Source of the DNA: a virus
IMG/VR virus record: IMGVR_UViG_3300025098_000014
DNA length: 64,000 nt
Reading direction: 5' to 3' (one strand)
Each line of letters opens with the position of its first letter. The stretch's first letter is position 1. Below, piece after piece: positions 1 to 9,211 of the stretch. Under the pieces are notes generated by a model, which worked only from the letters and a program-made list of their open reading frames with translations, ran no database searches and was not told the origin of the DNA. The position numbers and the translations under genes were made by a program.

Positions 1-1925
1 GACTTCTTAACGGACAGGTATCCACGAGGAGGTTCAATTCCATTGGTTGCGTTTGACACAACGGAGCTGCTCTCTGAAGGCATTTGTGCGGACAGTGTTG
101 AGTTCCTAAGACCGTTGGATACGATAGATTCTCTAAGACCTTCCCAATCATATTTCAGAGTATGAGGTACGATGCCGTCAACATCTTTCTTGTATGTATC
201 AATTGGCAACATGCCAGTGGAATATTTAGTCCTATCAAAATATCCACAAGGTCCATACTCTTTAGCAAGTTGATTAGATGACTTCAATAAGTAATATTGA
301 AACGCCTCTGTAAGGTCGTGTACCAGTTGATGTGCCGCAGGATCATCATATCCCACCTTATGCTTAGCCAGATAGTGTGCAAGACCGATATAACCTACAC
401 CGAGAGACCTACGATTCTTAGTACCAATCTCAGCAGCCTTAACAGGATATCCTTGGAAGTCGATCAAGGCATCAAGTCCACGAACAGAAAGATCACAAAG
501 TTCCTCTAGTTCATCTAGACTACGAAGTTTACCCACATTGATAGCAGAAAGAATGCACAGTGCAATCTCACCTTCACCATCAATATGTTGGAGAGGTTTA
601 GTTGGAAGAGTAATTTCCTGACATAGATTACTCATTTCTACCTTATCCCTAAAGGATGAGTGAGAATTGCAATGATCAATGTTCATGATATAGATACGAC
701 CAGTCTCTGCCCGTTCCTTAAGAAGACTTAAGAATAGCTCCTGAGCTGATACAGTTTGTCTCGGAATAGATCTATCTGATTCATAGTCCACATAGCGAGC
801 GTCAAATGCATCAGTCCCAAAAGCATCATAGAGACCCGGCACATCGTGAGGACTGAAGAGTGTGATTTGCCCATTTGAAATAAACCTCTCATAAAAGAGT
901 TTACTAAGTTGAATACTATAATCTAACTTACGGACACGATTGTCTTCAGTTCCCTTATTGTTCTTCAGAACAATTATGTCTTGGATTTCTTTGTGCCAGA
1001 TAGGAAAGTGAACTGTAGCAGAACCACCTCTGATGCCGTTCTGAGTGCAGCATCTGACAGTGCTCTCAAACTTTTTAAGGAAGGGGATAATGCCTGTGTG
1101 TTGTACCTCACCGCCTCTAATTTTAGAATTGATCCCACGAATTCTGCCTGCGTTAATACCAATACCAGCCCTTTGTGCGACATATTTACCAATAGCCATA
1201 TCGCTGCTAAAGATACTATCGAGGGAGTCATCAACATCAACGAGAACACAAGATGCAAATTGACGCAAGGGTGTTCTGACCCCTCCCATGATTGGCGTTG
1301 GGATGTTGACTTTGTGCTTGCTGATTGCTTCGTAGTATTTTCTGACATATTCTAGCCTAGTATCTTTGGGATATTCCGCAAAAATAGTAGCGGCAATCAT
1401 CAGGTACATGAATTGTGGAGTCTCGTAGACTTCACCACTACTGCGATCCTGGACTAGGTATTTATCTGCAACCTGTCGCAATCCAGCATAAGTGAATAAG
1501 AAATCGCGATCATGATCAATGAGCAAGTTTAGATCTTCCCATTCCTCAGAAGAATACTTAGAAATAATCTCAGCATCATAGACTCCACGGGCGACACAAT
1601 TATCAATATGTAATTGTAGAGATGGAGACTCATGCATACGACCCCATAGTTGCTTCCTGAGAGCGAACAGAAGGAGTCTTGCAGCAACGAATTGATAGTT
1701 GGGGTTATCTAGATCGATAAGGTCGGAAGCAGAGCGAATTAGAATCTCCTGAATTTCAACTGTTGTAACTCCATCATAAAATTGAATTCCAGAATTAATT
1801 TCAATTTGAGAGGCTGAAACACCAGCAAGATCTTTGCATGCCTCTTCTACCATTTTGTGCATCTTGTTTAGATCAAGAATCTCTAACGATCCTGATCTCT
1901 TACGAACCTTAGTCCCGTTTGTCAT
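1..1925 (-). CDS. nrdA: Ribonucleotide reductase class Ia alpha subunit (partial; runs off the left end)
   Basis: Absent from the ORF track (no stop in window). Manual translation from ATG at 1925: MTNGTKVRKRSG (ATP cone)...PTPIMGGVRTPLRQFASCVL...QNGIRGGSAT...SNLCQEITLP. Confidence 0.97.
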   Translation of the reverse strand, partial: MTNGTKVRKRSGSLEILDLNKMHKMVEEACKDLAGVSASQIEINSGIQFYDGVTTVEIQEILIRSASDLIDLDNPNYQFVAARLLLFALRKQLWGRMHESPSLQLHIDNCVARGVYDAEIISKYSSEEWEDLNLLIDHDRDFLFTYAGLRQVADKYLVQDRSSGEVYETPQFMYLMIAATIFAEYPKDTRLEYVRKYYEAISKHKVNIPTPIMGGVRTPLRQFASCVLVDVDDSLDSIFSSDMAIGKYVAQRAGIGINAGRIRGINSKIRGGEVQHTGIIPFLKKFESTVRCCTQNGIRGGSATVHFPIWHKEIQDIIVLKNNKGTEDNRVRKLDYSIQLSKLFYERFISNGQITLFSPHDVPGLYDAFGTDAFDARYVDYESDRSIPRQTVSAQELFLSLLKERAETGRIYIMNIDHCNSHSSFRDKVEMSNLCQEITLPTKPLQHIDGEGEIALCILSAINVGKLRSLDELEELCDLSVRGLDALIDFQGYPVKAAEIGTKNRRSLGVGYIGLAHYLAKHKVGYDDPAAHQLVHDLTEAFQYYLLKSSNQLAKEYGPCGYFDRTKYSTGMLPIDTYKKDVDGIVPHTLKYDWEGLRESIVSNGLRNSTLSAQMPSESSSVVSNATNGIEPPRGYLSVKK

Positions 1926-2890
1926 ACCTTCTTCCACTCTGTGAATTTTACTTGTGCTTCAAGACCTGAGTATGTATGTGATTCTACCACATCATTTACA
2001 TTAATGCCACTCAATACCATATCGTTCAGGTCTTTTTCTTGGATACTGCTTGGCCAGATGACGACTTTCTCGCCTCTAGATATAGTTCTTCCGATGCGTC
2101 CAACAATCTCGCCATTACGGGGCTCGTTATCAAAAGTATAAACGCAATCGCCTCCCTCAAGACAACGAAGGTCACCGTCAGCGCCACACAAAGCCACGCT
2201 ATTGTTGAGGAAAGTGCTGTCAAAGGGTCCTTCGACCACATAGATTGGTAAGTTCTTATTGGTTGTGTCAAATCCATAAATTTTTGGTGCGTTGTCATCA
2301 AGCATTACAGTGATGTATTTAACCTTACTACGACCCAGAGCTCTGCCCTGGAATCCAATTAGGTTTTTATTATAAAACAAAGGAATTACGATCCTAGACT
2401 CTTCAAAAGATGTGCTTGCAAAAACTTTCTTATATGAATTAGCAAAGGTTTTAAACTTCTCTGCAAAATAGAATTTGGTGGGGTCGATTCCACGATTCTG
2501 TAAATAGGCTCTACCAACTTCCACCTCACTGCATAGAGGGAGAAGGATCTTGGATTGGAATACAGGTTTTTCAAAAACGAATGTAGGTTCATCAGTTGTA
2601 AATGTTTTACCAGTAAATCCACCTTTAAATTTTTCCATAACATACTTCTTATGCAGTGTCGTATCAATCTTCTTTAGAAGATTGTTAAGCGACATTGAAG
2701 CACCACAGTTATGGCACTTAAAATTAGTATTGTTTTTTACCGAATAGATGTACCCTCTAGCCTTATTCTTATACCGCTGAGAGTCGCCACATATAGGGCA
2801 ACGAAAGTTGTAAAGGTCTGCTTTGACCCTTTTAAATTTTTGAAGTCTAGCAGAAACTAGACCAATATACTTAGAATCTATTAGATCCAT
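1922..2890 (-). CDS. g61: DNA primase, T4 gp61-like
   Basis: Zn-binding NFRCPICGDS...FKCHNC; TOPRIM VVEGPFDS and DNEPRN. Confidence 0.96.
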   Translation of the reverse strand: MDLIDSKYIGLVSARLQKFKRVKADLYNFRCPICGDSQRYKNKARGYIYSVKNNTNFKCHNCGASMSLNNLLKKIDTTLHKKYVMEKFKGGFTGKTFTTDEPTFVFEKPVFQSKILLPLCSEVEVGRAYLQNRGIDPTKFYFAEKFKTFANSYKKVFASTSFEESRIVIPLFYNKNLIGFQGRALGRSKVKYITVMLDDNAPKIYGFDTTNKNLPIYVVEGPFDSTFLNNSVALCGADGDLRCLEGGDCVYTFDNEPRNGEIVGRIGRTISRGEKVVIWPSSIQEKDLNDMVLSGINVNDVVESHTYSGLEAQVKFTEWKKV

Positions 2891-3275
2891 TAACCAGTCC
2901 AGTGCCTGGTGCTATCATACTGGTTTTTTGTGGCGATGTCAATCCCCTCATCAATGCTTGACCGGGAACGCTGACCAATAATGAGATCACAGCGAGACCA
3001 CCGAAGATGGACCACATTTTTTTCTCCATCATCCTGAGTCTGTCATCTACATGACGGATATCTCTCTCACATCCTTTCTTGATTGTGTCACATTCTTTGT
3101 TCAGATCCGCGTGAAGTCTATCTACTTTTTCAAATAGAATTCCATCAACTTCACCCTGTGTAGATAGTTTTTCGTTATGTACTGCAAGTAGTTGACCCAT
3201 CTTTACAGAATTATCCTGTAATGAATCAACTACTTTTTCCAATCTTTCTAGAATCGCTGAGTTAATGTCCGCCAT
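2871..3275 (-). CDS. Hypothetical protein (coiled coil plus C-terminal hydrophobic segment)
   Basis: 134-aa ORF in the gene chain; heptad-like N-terminus; hydrophobic WSIFGGLAVISLLVSV. Confidence 0.8.
   Translation of the reverse strand: MADINSAILERLEKVVDSLQDNSVKMGQLLAVHNEKLSTQGEVDGILFEKVDRLHADLNKECDTIKKGCERDIRHVDDRLRMMEKKMWSIFGGLAVISLLVSVPGQALMRGLTSPQKTSMIAPGTGLVNGSNRF
2914..2942 (-). promoter_or_regulatory. Sigma70-type promoter upstream of primase/nrdA
   Basis: TTGACA-17 nt-TATGAT on the minus strand, 23 nt before the g61 ATG, inside the upstream ORF. Confidence 0.75.
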
Positions 3276-3276
3276 A

Positions 3277-3837
3277 TTACTTAGTTAGATCTCTTCGGAA
3301 TTGTTGCTGACCATACCATGCTGTACCAGAAGGACCTTTCTGAGACCACCAACTAGGATGAGATTTTTTTGTACTCATCTGAGCTGAACGATTAATTGTG
3401 TCTAGTGCAGGATCATTCTGAACTTTTAATTTAACTGCACCTTTATTATCAGCTTTAGTTCCTACACCATGAAGTCCACCAGTAGCACGGCGACCATCAT
3501 TAGACGATGTAGAAGGAGAAGAATCAGATTTTGGAAGTCTGTCTTTAATAAACCTAGTCGCTGGTTGAACTACACTCCGATTTAGACGCTCACCAGCAGA
3601 CTTGATGCCGTCTTTAAACTCACCAAAACTCTTAAGTCGGATTCCTTCATCAACAGTCTCCTCTTTCATTGACCAACGCTTCCTAGCACCAGGCATACGA
3701 CCTCTTGCAAGTATAGTAGGTTTCTTTAATTTCTTATCATATCCAGCAACAGGACCGGCAGCGTCAGATTTGCTACTAAATCCCCCAGATTGACCCACAG
3801 CATTGCCAGTCATCATTTCATTTAAAGGATCGTCCAT
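3277..3837 (-). CDS. Hypothetical basic protein with gp23-N-arm-like N-terminus (candidate internal head protein)
   Basis: Residues 11-34 match gp23 residues 65-88 of this window at 17/24 positions; start overlaps the upstream stop. Confidence 0.8.
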   Translation of the reverse strand: MDDPLNEMMTGNAVGQSGGFSSKSDAAGPVAGYDKKLKKPTILARGRMPGARKRWSMKEETVDEGIRLKSFGEFKDGIKSAGERLNRSVVQPATRFIKDRLPKSDSSPSTSSNDGRRATGGLHGVGTKADNKGAVKLKVQNDPALDTINRSAQMSTKKSHPSWWSQKGPSGTAWYGQQQFRRDLTK

Positions 3838-4208
3838 TAGACTTCTCTAAGTTGCGTTAAACAATACTCATCATCAATAATATTATTTAGTTCCGTGCGA
3901 GGAAATTCAGGAACTCTTCCGAGGTATGTCAAAAAACTCTTAGTACAGGACCAAAGTTCTTTATCCAATTTAAAATATAAAAGGGGAACTCCAGCATCAC
4001 CAAAAACATTAAAAAGGACTATAAAGTGGTTTAGAATAAGATGAGTTCTCAACTCACCACTATTCTTATACCTCTTTAGTAGTCTTTTAATGTACTTAAT
4101 TCTTTTAAGATCATCATAGAAGTCATCCTCAGTAACTGCTTGAGGATTCTCATAATTCTTAATTGCAAAAAGGAGATAGTTGCTATCGTTCAATTCATGG
4201 AATTTCAT
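3837..4208 (-). CDS. Conserved T4-like cyanophage hypothetical protein
   Basis: 123-aa ORF; FAIKNYENP...LILNHFIVLFNVFG. Confidence 0.85.
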   Translation of the reverse strand: MKFHELNDSNYLLFAIKNYENPQAVTEDDFYDDLKRIKYIKRLLKRYKNSGELRTHLILNHFIVLFNVFGDAGVPLLYFKLDKELWSCTKSFLTYLGRVPEFPRTELNNIIDDEYCLTQLREV

Positions 4209-4216
4209 TCACTCAA

Positions 4217-4720
4217 TTACTCATCTGTAGGATAAGCAATTCCGTTAGCACCAGTTTGAATACCAGAGGCAGCAACAAGAACTTCACTCTTGACTCTCAG
4301 ATTGCCATGCATATCCATGTAAGTGGTAACACCAACCCATCCATGATGAGCAACACCGTATTGACCAGCAGTATCTGTGGAAATACCGTAGACTAAAGAA
4401 TCTGCCTCATCTCTTTCTTCTTGATATACACTGTCCTTAACAGTGTACATTGGCAGTTCGCTGATACCATAAGCAGTAGCAGCAATACTAACTGCACTAA
4501 GTCCAGCAGTAGAATCGATGGTAAGAATTCGGTCACTGGTGATACCACTGATAACAGCGTCACCATAATATGTACCAACACCACCACGGGTTCCAACCCG
4601 AATTACTTGACCAACTTCAACATCGGTTGTAAAAGTGGTCCCCGTGCCAGTTACAGTATTACCACTAACTGCAACAGTACCAAAGGTTTGAATATTGTCG
4701 TTAAGACCCCAGAGAGCCAT
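4217..4720 (-). CDS. Probable virion structural protein
   Basis: MALWG start, G/T/V-rich beta composition, C-terminal HHGWVG...RVKSEVLVA; downstream of TATAAATA. Confidence 0.75.
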   Translation of the reverse strand: MALWGLNDNIQTFGTVAVSGNTVTGTGTTFTTDVEVGQVIRVGTRGGVGTYYGDAVISGITSDRILTIDSTAGLSAVSIAATAYGISELPMYTVKDSVYQEERDEADSLVYGISTDTAGQYGVAHHGWVGVTTYMDMHGNLRVKSEVLVAASGIQTGANGIAYPTDE

Positions 4721-4753
4721 GTTCTTACACCCGAACTACAGTTTTCATACAAT

Positions 4754-4761
4754 TATTTATA
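4754..4761 (-). promoter_or_regulatory. T4-type late (gp55) promoter
   Basis: Exact TATAAATA on the minus strand, intergenic. Confidence 0.8.
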
Positions 4762-4763
4762 AC

Positions 4764-4967
4764 CTACGCATCCTCGCGGGTTTTGATAGCCTTGGTGACA
4801 ACTTCAAGAAGTTGATCATCCATATCAGTCTTGGTTAACTTAACCGCCTTAGCAAGAATAACAAGACAGATCTCAACCATCTTCTCACCCAGTTCTTCAT
4901 TCTCAGGAATTTTAGAAATGGCATCGGTGATGATTTTTGATGCTAATGGAAGTAAAAAAGCAAGCAT
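4764..4967 (-). CDS. Small hypothetical protein
   Basis: 67-aa ORF in the gene chain. Confidence 0.8.
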   Translation of the reverse strand: MLAFLLPLASKIITDAISKIPENEELGEKMVEICLVILAKAVKLTKTDMDDQLLEVVTKAIKTREDA

Positions 4968-4998
4968 TATTAAAGAAGCGAACTTCTTTTATATAGGC

Positions 4999-5679
4999 TC
5001 AATCTTTTTCCTTTTTCTTCTTAGTATCCACGATTGCTTTATCACCATACTTAGCACGGATCTTTGCTTTCACAACATCCATGGCAGAAGGTCCATCAGA
5101 AGAACGCTTCTTCTTGCCAAAGGTATTAGGTTTACCTGGTGCCTTATTGTAACGGTTGTTGCCGTCAACTCCGCCACGCTCCATGCGACGGTCTCTCAAA
5201 GAATCTTCAGTTTCCTCAACATTCAATGTTTTAGGATAATCCTTATCACCTTTCTTAGCAGGTTTTTCGCCACGCTTACGCTTGGCATGGATATTATCCC
5301 AGAGACCTTTCTTACCTTCTTGAATGTCAGGGTTAATAGTTACTTTATTTTTTACAGACTTCTCGGTAATCTCTACTTCTTTTTCGTCTGAGTTGGTAGC
5401 TTTCTCAGACTTGTAGAGCTTTTTTTCAGTTAATTCTCCAACTTTTCCACGAAGAGAAACTTCAATCTCTTCCTTCTTTACTTTCTTAGCCTTGTCAGCA
5501 GCAATAGCAGCGCCAACATTTTTGCGACGATTTCTCAAATAAGAATCAGACTTATCAGAATCCCCATCATTGTCAATATCAGAATCTTCTTTACCGACAG
5601 GATCAAGTTTTTCCATAAAAACATTTGCCATGCTATTAAGCACGATCTGGTCGGCGCTATCTGCAATAAAATTTGTCAT
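4999..5679 (-). CDS. Highly charged hypothetical protein (candidate protease-processed internal head protein)
   Basis: K/E-rich, modular (LDPVGKEDSDIDNDGD; GLWDNIHAKRKRGE) with several hydrophobic-x-E sites; late promoter upstream. Confidence 0.75.
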   Translation of the reverse strand: MTNFIADSADQIVLNSMANVFMEKLDPVGKEDSDIDNDGDSDKSDSYLRNRRKNVGAAIAADKAKKVKKEEIEVSLRGKVGELTEKKLYKSEKATNSDEKEVEITEKSVKNKVTINPDIQEGKKGLWDNIHAKRKRGEKPAKKGDKDYPKTLNVEETEDSLRDRRMERGGVDGNNRYNKAPGKPNTFGKKKRSSDGPSAMDVVKAKIRAKYGDKAIVDTKKKKEKD

Positions 5680-5703
5680 CGATCCTGAATACTCAGCGGT
5701 CTC

Positions 5704-6900
5704 CTAACTTCTATTTATAAATGACTTTACCTTCTCTAAAGGAGTAAGTTTTTGAACATACTCTCTATAGGAATCTGTACCGATTTCTCTTTTACTTGCG
5801 GGAACACCAGAAGGAATACGAGAAACATATTCAGTCAAATCTCTAATCCAAGATTTGAACATAATGCCTTCAGATGTAACAGCGATTACATGATTTGCAC
5901 CGCGTCTAATAATTCTACCAACTAGTCCGGTATTTAAAGACTCTACAAGGGATCCCATACCAAACAGTCTACCATTAACATAATTCTCTCTAAGAGTTTT
6001 TACATCATACTTAGGAGCAATTTGCCACATTTCTATGCCTTCTGTTACAGCTGCAGCACTCATAGATCTCTGAACGGTATTAAACAGTTCCCGAGCAATC
6101 ATTCCTTTAGCAGCCTTAGGTAATCCTTTCTTAAAAGAATCAAAGTCACCATCAGCAGCTAAGGCTCGTAATTTGGAAGCAGACATGCCCTCCACCCCTT
6201 CAGCATCGGGATCCCGTTCTCCTGCAGAGATGACATTAATCGCATCAAAATTATAGAGTTGCCCGTTGTATTTGTTCGCGAGCCCCTCAAACTCTTTTTG
6301 TCTATCAGCACCAACCACGATGTTGACGCTACTATATCCTTCGACATCAGCTTGCTTCATTGCATCTAGTATAGTACGAACGGCAGGATCGTATATGATT
6401 GCGTTCGCATGCACAGGGAACATCTTCTTCATAAAGAGAACTTTAGTCTCAGAATCAAGAGGATTTTTCTGTGGATCTACTGAGTGAGATGGGTATACCA
6501 TGTACTGCCCATTCTCTGCAGTATCTTTAATAGTATCAAGTAATTTTTCGTGACCTGCTGTAGGAGGATTGAATCTACCAAATCCAATAGTAACAGTACC
6601 GCGAGTTTTTTCTACCTCTTCCTGCTCTTCAGGTTCACCAACTCCACCACTTTGTTGTGCTGAAGGAGGAGGATTTTCTGGAGGTAAAGCTCTTGCGGCT
6701 CTTCCAGGTCTTTCTGGATCAGATTCTTGTGATGGTTTCCTACCACTAGAGAAAACTAACTCACCTTCTATAGTTCTACCAACAATCTTTCCAGCTGGAT
6801 CAATCCATGATCCATGTCCATCACCTTTTAATCCAAGCTTCTTAGCTTGCTTTGCTGCGTTAGTCTGTGCTTCAGTTAAGAATTGAAAAAAATTCTTCAT
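5704..6900 (-). CDS. HIGH-superfamily nucleotidyltransferase (cytidylyltransferase-like)
   Basis: FGRFNPPTAGHEKL (HIGH-like), VVGADR, MSASKLR (KMSKS-like). Confidence 0.85.
   Translation of the reverse strand: MKNFFQFLTEAQTNAAKQAKKLGLKGDGHGSWIDPAGKIVGRTIEGELVFSSGRKPSQESDPERPGRAARALPPENPPPSAQQSGGVGEPEEQEEVEKTRGTVTIGFGRFNPPTAGHEKLLDTIKDTAENGQYMVYPSHSVDPQKNPLDSETKVLFMKKMFPVHANAIIYDPAVRTILDAMKQADVEGYSSVNIVVGADRQKEFEGLANKYNGQLYNFDAINVISAGERDPDAEGVEGMSASKLRALAADGDFDSFKKGLPKAAKGMIARELFNTVQRSMSAAAVTEGIEMWQIAPKYDVKTLRENYVNGRLFGMGSLVESLNTGLVGRIIRRGANHVIAVTSEGIMFKSWIRDLTEYVSRIPSGVPASKREIGTDSYREYVQKLTPLEKVKSFINRS
5712..5719 (-). promoter_or_regulatory. T4-type late promoter
   Basis: Exact TATAAATA on the minus strand, 32 nt upstream of the ATG at 5679. 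Confidence 0.75.
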
Positions 6901-6902
6901 TA

Positions 6903-7508
6903 TTACGCAAACACCCGTCGTGTAGACTCAGCAATTCTATTTATGTTAAAGGATATAGTCATACGAAGTTTTTTACTATTATTTCTTTTAACAAAATGCT
7001 TCAGATGAGATGGAAATAAAATAATATCACCCTCTACAACTTTAGGAGTATGGTTTTCGTGTAGGTATTCGTTAATATCTTTATCTAGAAAACTTTCATC
7101 GAACATAAAAGAATGAATATTGTCTTGTGGGTTTTGAAATGTAGTAGCTTCATGCTCTTCGGAATCAAACATTATGTAATGAATCCCGGAAAAGAATCCT
7201 GGCAAATGAGTATGAGATTCTTGAAACTGCTGTTGCTCATATGCATTCATCCAGATCTCATCGATGTAGGGACGATCAAGTAGTCCCATTTCTCTTGACC
7301 ATTCTCTCAAAATTTGAGTATAATGATCCCTATTTTCGAGAGGGAATGCACCCTGAAACTCTGTTCTACAATCACAACTCCAACCATCAGGAGTCTCATT
7401 TGATGAATGATTAGACCAGGAGTTATACCTGTCTAACATATTTTGTCTCAGGTCAGGAAGATCTAAATGATATTTAAAAATTCTACTGGGAAATAAATCA
7501 GTGTACAT
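6903..7508 (-). CDS. 2OG-Fe(II) oxygenase-like protein
   Basis: WMN...HTH...FSGIHY...EGDIILFPSHLKHFV...RMTISFN. Confidence 0.85.
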   Translation of the reverse strand: MYTDLFPSRIFKYHLDLPDLRQNMLDRYNSWSNHSSNETPDGWSCDCRTEFQGAFPLENRDHYTQILREWSREMGLLDRPYIDEIWMNAYEQQQFQESHTHLPGFFSGIHYIMFDSEEHEATTFQNPQDNIHSFMFDESFLDKDINEYLHENHTPKVVEGDIILFPSHLKHFVKRNNSKKLRMTISFNINRIAESTRRVFA

Positions 7509-8843
7509 TTAACCAAAAATAATGTTTCGTGCGTTTCCAAAATCACCCTTAAGTAAGGATTTAAATTGGGGGGAAAGAAATGCTTGGAACTGAGGTTGAG
7601 ATTTAAAGTCACCCTTATATCTTAACTCAAGTTCTAAGAGATCTAGTGTACCTGCTCTAACTTTGAAAAATAACTTAGCCGCATTTGATGACTCTGTTTT
7701 CGCAGTATCTATATCAATAGTTTTAGGTTGTCTTCTAAGATAAGCAAGAGCAAGTGCAACACTGTCAATACCAATACAAGTACCACTACCTTCCTGAATA
7801 TTCATACCGTTGGACTTAGATATCGTAACCTGTCCCACTCCAGTAGTCAAGATAAATTCAAAGTCACTTCTAGTATACTCACTCATCTCATCCATCAGTT
7901 GTTTCTTAAGGATAAGATTGATTAAAGTATCAGCAAACAATTGCTGGTTTCTCTTAATAATAGTTAGAAACTGTTTATATAAACTGTTGGGTTGATTACC
8001 AACTTTACCAAGCCTCGCGTTTACATAATCACGCATGGCATTTGTGGTCTTTCTATCAACTTCTTTACTATTCAATAGAGTTGGATCACCAACAGCAGAA
8101 ACATCTTTCAGATTAATTAATGGAACTGTTTGTATCTTACCATTTTTATAGATACCAATTCTAGTGCTCCAAAGTTTTTCTGGTGCAGCATTTCTAGGAT
8201 TAGATCCATCAGGAAGTTGAGCAAGTCCAACTAAAGGACCGGTAGTTAATGCATCCCTAATTACTCCAGCAAAAAACTGCTGTCTGGCTTGCTGCAACTG
8301 TGCCTTGATAGGAGCAAATTGAGATCCATTCAATACAGTATCAAATGCTTTATTAATTAGAGTCGGGTCCGGTGCAGTTCCTTTTGGTTTTTTCTTTAGA
8401 GATACCCCAACATAATTAGATCCATACTGAAGAATCAAATCAGAAGAGTTAAAGTCTGCCATACCAAAAGCAGCAAACTTAAATTGCTGAACTTCTTTAG
8501 GCCATTGTGTACCTGTTAAGTATACCGCATTAGGAGTTGCATTCCCAGATATACCCTTCATTGCAGAATTTGTAGCAAGAAAAGATCTTACTGCTTTTAC
8601 TGCAGAGATACCTACAACAAGATCAGAATAAAACTTATCTTTTTTTACAGAAGGCCCCAGAGTAACTGCTTTCTCAAAATCTTTTTTTACATTACCGGCA
8701 CCAATAACTCCATTACTCATGTACCTCTGGTACATCGTATTGTAAAAGTTTTGGAGACTGGTCTCATCTTTGACAGCAGCATCCATTTCTTGATTAGTGC
8801 ATAAAGCACAACCTGCAAAAAATCCTTCAGACGGTTCAGCCAT
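7509..8843 (-). CDS. Hypothetical protein, possible PD-(D/E)XK nuclease fold
   Basis: 444-aa ORF; SSDLIL...YVGVSLKKK motif. Confidence 0.6.
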   Translation of the reverse strand: MAEPSEGFFAGCALCTNQEMDAAVKDETSLQNFYNTMYQRYMSNGVIGAGNVKKDFEKAVTLGPSVKKDKFYSDLVVGISAVKAVRSFLATNSAMKGISGNATPNAVYLTGTQWPKEVQQFKFAAFGMADFNSSDLILQYGSNYVGVSLKKKPKGTAPDPTLINKAFDTVLNGSQFAPIKAQLQQARQQFFAGVIRDALTTGPLVGLAQLPDGSNPRNAAPEKLWSTRIGIYKNGKIQTVPLINLKDVSAVGDPTLLNSKEVDRKTTNAMRDYVNARLGKVGNQPNSLYKQFLTIIKRNQQLFADTLINLILKKQLMDEMSEYTRSDFEFILTTGVGQVTISKSNGMNIQEGSGTCIGIDSVALALAYLRRQPKTIDIDTAKTESSNAAKLFFKVRAGTLDLLELELRYKGDFKSQPQFQAFLSPQFKSLLKGDFGNARNIIFG

Positions 8844-8844
8844 T

Positions 8845-8868
8845 AAAAAAAGGGAGTACTACTCCCTC
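8845..8868 (-). terminator. Rho-independent terminator-like hairpin
   Basis: AGGGAGTAGTACTCCCT hairpin followed by a T-run on the minus strand. Confidence 0.6.
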
Positions 8869-9053
8869 TTATTTAGATAGTCCTTTTCAGATTGGTACGG
8901 GATTGTCTTCCCTGTCCACAATTCGTATCCTTGTTTAAGTTCTGGCAAAAGCCACTGGTCCACACGAACACACTGCTCCCAGTTGACAGGGTGAGCACAA
9001 CTCACCACTACAACAGAAAAGAATGCTCGTAGGTGGATCCAGAGACTATACAT
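8859..9053 (-). CDS. Small hypothetical protein (hydrophobic N-terminus)
   Basis: 64-aa ORF; start overlaps the upstream stop. Confidence 0.75.
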   Translation of the reverse strand: MYSLWIHLRAFFSVVVVSCAHPVNWEQCVRVDQWLLPELKQGYELWTGKTIPYQSEKDYLNKRE

Positions 9054-9211
9054 TATTTGCCACTAGTATCGTAACCTAGTTTATCATCCTCTTCTTTTAA
9101 TTTGCGAGAACGAATGCTTTGATGAAGAGCAGCAATTGCAGCTGCTACTTCAGGAGTTTCTTCCCACTCCCAAGTTTGTCCACCCTTATTGTTAAAGGTT
9201 CTCTTAGACAT
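9053..9211 (-). CDS. Small hypothetical protein (52 aa; not in ORF track)
   Basis: MSKRTFNNKGGQTWEWEETPEV...; TAATG coupling on both sides fills the gap exactly. Confidence 0.75.
   Translation of the reverse strand: MSKRTFNNKGGQTWEWEETPEVAAAIAALHQSIRSRKLKEEDDKLGYDTSGK

Noticed and set aside
297-1355. Short ORFs at 297-509, 974-1348, 981-1355 and 1045-1263
   Set aside because: All lie within nrdA, which the track omitted because it has no stop in the window
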